From an uncultured Desulfobacter sp. (lineage in GTDB: Bacteria > Desulfobacterota > Desulfobacteria > Desulfobacterales > Desulfobacteraceae): a DNA stretch of 64,000 bases. A model generated the notes under the pieces. It was given only the letters and a program-made list of their open reading frames with translations, had not been told where the DNA came from and ran no database searches. Positions within the stretch are counted from its first letter, which is position 1; every line of letters begins with the position of its first letter. The stretch covers positions 6,016,001 to 6,080,000 of the forward strand of contig OY762069.1 in assembly GCA_963665095.1 (NCBI GenBank), given 5' to 3'. A program made the position numbers and the translations under genes. Below are positions 61,043-64,000 of the stretch, piece by piece.

Positions 61043-61069
61043 ATAAAATAAAAATTTATAAGGGTTCAG

Positions 61070-61948
61070 ATGCGCTGGAGCATAAAACAACGAATTGAAT
61101 TTATAGAAACTCGATTATACTGGGAAGGCAAAATCAGCAGAAAAGACCTTACCAACTACTTTGACATTTCTATTCCCCAAGCAACTAAAGACATTAAAGC
61201 CTATATTGAAGAGGCCCCTGGTAATATCCGCTATGACAACAAGGCGAAACAATACGTTGCCACAGAAGAATTCCAACCAATCCTGATTCCTGCGGACAGT
61301 GAATCTTATCTGAAAAGGCTGTTGACAAGTGATGTGGAACAAGGTGATTTTTTCTGCGGTAATATGCCTTCATTTTATAGCGCCCCATGTATTCAACGAA
61401 AAATTGATCCTCAAGTACTTAAATATATTTTAAGAAACATAGAAGACGGTAACGCAGTTTATATTGAATATCAGTCCATGAGTGGACCAGGACCGGGCTG
61501 GAGATGGATTACCCCTCATGCCATTGGGTTTGATGGGTTTAGATGGCATACCAGGGCATTTTGCCACAATGATCGAAAATTTAAAGATTTTAATCTTGGA
61601 AGAATCTATAAAACCAGGGAATCCAAGCCTCATACCATAGACGTTTCCATTGATTTCGAATGGGTTACTGATATTACTTTTAATATCGAACCCCATCCGG
61701 ACCTTACCAGGGAACAAAGAAAAGGCATTGAACATGATTACGGGATGACCAACGGTTTTCTTGAATTCGAAGTCAGAGGTGCCTTTGTTTTCTATATGCT
61801 TAAAAGGCTAAATCTTGGACCGGGCCACGAACTAAACGCCCCCATTCAGCAGCAGATAGTCCTTAAAAACTTTGAACAAATTGAAAATCAACGGCAAATG
61901 CTTGAAAAAATGTCGGCAAACAAAATTGAAGAAACCATACCAAGGTGA
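61070..61948 (+). CDS. capW: wHTH-WYL-WCX transcriptional regulator (CapW/BrxR-like)
   Basis: R..FIE..LYWEG.I.R.DL...F.IS..QA..D...Y, YQSMS, PHA...DGFRWH.RAFC, FKDF.LGR, DYGM. Confidence 0.9.
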   Translation: MRWSIKQRIEFIETRLYWEGKISRKDLTNYFDISIPQATKDIKAYIEEAPGNIRYDNKAKQYVATEEFQPILIPADSESYLKRLLTSDVEQGDFFCGNMPSFYSAPCIQRKIDPQVLKYILRNIEDGNAVYIEYQSMSGPGPGWRWITPHAIGFDGFRWHTRAFCHNDRKFKDFNLGRIYKTRESKPHTIDVSIDFEWVTDITFNIEPHPDLTREQRKGIEHDYGMTNGFLEFEVRGAFVFYMLKRLNLGPGHELNAPIQQQIVLKNFEQIENQRQMLEKMSANKIEETIPR

Positions 61949-62005
61949 TAATAAAGGCATATCTAACAAATTTTCATAATCGGAGCTGTTAATAAGGAAT
62001 TGTCA

Positions 62006-64000
62006 ATGAAAACCATTCAAAGTGCATGTGAATTAGATCCCAAAGCCCTGGATATCAATGTTGGGGATCAGATTGAAAAGCTGGATGAAGTGATCAGCGA
62101 TACCGACGGCCGGGAATATTTTAAGAAAACCTTTATTACCGAGGGTATGAAAGTACTGCTGACAAAAGGAATGGCCAGATTGGCCGGAAAATCAGCAGAT
62201 TCCATTTTCCATCTCAAGCAGGCCATGGGCGGTGGTAAAACCCATTTAATGGTTGGCTTTGGGCTTCTGGCAAAGGATGCGGACCTTCGAAACGCGCTCA
62301 TCGGCACCATGCCTTATCAGGGGGACTTTTCTGCTGCAAAAGTAGCCGCGTTTAACGGTCGTAACAATCCGGGGAACTATTTTTGGGGGGAACTGGCAAG
62401 GCAGCTGGAAAAAGAGATATTATTTAAAGAGTATTGGGAGTCCGGAGCCAAAGCCCCTGATGAACAGGCCTGGCTTTCGTTGTTTGAAGGGGATGAGCCG
62501 GTCCTTATTTTAATGGATGAAATGCCTCCCTATTTTCATTATTACGCCACCCAGAGTTTAGGTCAGGGTACAGTGGCGGATGTTGCCACCCGTGCATTTT
62601 CCAACATGCTGACCGCTGCCCAGAAAAAGAAAAACGTCTGCATTGTGGTTTCGGACCTTGAGGCCGCCTATGATACCGGCGGGAAACTGATTCAGCGTGC
62701 GTTGAATGACGCTTCCCAGGAACTGGGCCGGGCAGAAATCAGTATTACACCTGTCAACCTTGAATCCAATGAAATTTACGAAATATTGCGGAAACGGTTA
62801 TTTGTAAGCCTGCCGGACAAAAGTGAAATCAGTGAAATTGCCGCAGCCTACGGTGATAGACTTGCCGAAGCAGCCAAGGCAAAAACCGTTGAGCGAAGCG
62901 CCGAGGCCCTGGCCCAGGAAATAGAGTCCACTTATCCTTTTCATCCCAGCTTTAAAAGCATTGTGGCTCTATTTAAAGAAAACGAAAAATTCAAGCAGAC
63001 CCGGGGCCTTATGGAGTTGGTGTCCCGGCTTCTTAAATCGGTATGGGAAAGCAAAGAAGATGTCTATCTCATGGGGGCACAGCATTTTGACCTTTCTATC
63101 CACGAAGTCCGGGAAAAACTGGCTGAAATTTCATCCATGCGGGATGTCATTGCCAAAGATCTTTGGAACTCATCGGACAGTGCCCATGCCCAGGTCATTG
63201 ACATAAACGCCGGTAACAATTATGCCAAACAGGCAGGAACTCTGCTGCTTTTGGCAAGCCTTTCCACTGCTGTTAATTCAGTAAAAGGGCTGACGGAAAT
63301 GGAAATGCTTGAATGTCTCATAGATCCCTTGCATCAGGCTGGGGTCTATCGGGCGGCGTTTGAACAACTGCAAAAAGATGCCTGGTATCTGCATCAAACC
63401 CAGGAAGGCAGAAACTATTTTGACCACCAGGAAAATCTGACCAAAAAACTTCGGGGATATGCGGACAGGGCGCCCCAACCTAAAGTGGATGAATTGATCT
63501 GTCATCGCTTAAATGAGATGTATAAACCCACCACCAAAGAAGCCTATGAAAAGATTTTGCCCCTGCCGGAGATGGATGATGCCCAGGCCGCGTTGAAATC
63601 TTCCAGAACACTGCTCATTATCAACCCGGACGGAAAAACCCCGCCTGGCGTCGTGACAAAATTTTTTGAAGAACTGGTTAATAAAAATAATGTACTGATC
63701 CTCACCGGAGACAAAAGCTCCATGGCGGATGTGGATAAAGCCGCCCGTCATTTCTATGCGGCCCAAAAGGCGGATAATGAAATTTCAGCTTCCCATCCCC
63801 AGCGCAAGGAGCTGGATGAAAAAAAGGCCAATTATGAGCAGGATTTCCAAGCCACCATCCTGTCCGTATTTGATAAACTGTTTTTCCCCAGTAACAAAGC
63901 AGGTGAAGACCTCTTACGGCACAAGGCCCTGGATCTTTCATACCCCTCAGGGGAACCGTTTAACGGGGAGCGGCAGATTATTAAAACATTAACCGCAGAT
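62006..64000 (+). CDS. DUF499 ATPase, anti-phage-associated (partial, runs off window)
   Basis: Manual translation MKTIQSACELDPKALDINVGDQIEKLD..., QAMGGGKTH, ILMDEMPPY, YEILRKRLF, YPFHP, FKQTRGL; RBS AAGGA. Confidence 0.9.
   Translation, partial: MKTIQSACELDPKALDINVGDQIEKLDEVISDTDGREYFKKTFITEGMKVLLTKGMARLAGKSADSIFHLKQAMGGGKTHLMVGFGLLAKDADLRNALIGTMPYQGDFSAAKVAAFNGRNNPGNYFWGELARQLEKEILFKEYWESGAKAPDEQAWLSLFEGDEPVLILMDEMPPYFHYYATQSLGQGTVADVATRAFSNMLTAAQKKKNVCIVVSDLEAAYDTGGKLIQRALNDASQELGRAEISITPVNLESNEIYEILRKRLFVSLPDKSEISEIAAAYGDRLAEAAKAKTVERSAEALAQEIESTYPFHPSFKSIVALFKENEKFKQTRGLMELVSRLLKSVWESKEDVYLMGAQHFDLSIHEVREKLAEISSMRDVIAKDLWNSSDSAHAQVIDINAGNNYAKQAGTLLLLASLSTAVNSVKGLTEMEMLECLIDPLHQAGVYRAAFEQLQKDAWYLHQTQEGRNYFDHQENLTKKLRGYADRAPQPKVDELICHRLNEMYKPTTKEAYEKILPLPEMDDAQAALKSSRTLLIINPDGKTPPGVVTKFFEELVNKNNVLILTGDKSSMADVDKAARHFYAAQKADNEISASHPQRKELDEKKANYEQDFQATILSVFDKLFFPSNKAGEDLLRHKALDLSYPSGEPFNGERQIIKTLTAD

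Noticed and set aside
62068..63992. Short ORFs listed in the track
   Set aside because: Shadows of the long DUF499 frame.
1..64000. CRISPR array, rRNA, tRNA, prophage genes
   Set aside because: No regularly spaced repeats, structural RNA genes or phage structural proteins were recognised.

Overview
Bacterial chromosomal window. Gene content (sigma54 activators, corrinoid protein, flavodiiron protein, many ABC systems) suggests an anaerobic Desulfobacterales-like deltaproteobacterium; this is inference. Bases 1-44650 hold accessory metabolism, transport and regulatory genes mixed with decayed elements: two 5'-only group II intron remnants, IS66, internally deleted IS1634, an IS110 stub and several deleted gene fragments. 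From about 44650 to the end is a more AT-rich defence island. It contains an AAA-14/DUF4143 ATPase, a cold-shock gene with small ORFs and a lysine-type methyltransferase, and a type II CBASS operon (CD-NTase, Cap2, Cap3, HNH-SAVED effector with an unusual ~150-aa N-terminal extension). The CBASS operon is broken by two clean insertions: an IS21 with two passenger ORFs (5-bp TSD GATTA) and a four-gene TG..CA transposon (6-bp TSD CCCAAC). Removing both restores open frames. One WYL (CapW/BrxR-like) regulator is divergent from CBASS and directly upstream of a DUF499 ATPase, likely the first gene of a restriction-like anti-phage system, which runs off the window. No rRNA, tRNA or CRISPR array was recognised. 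Family calls rest on motif recognition by eye, not database searches.
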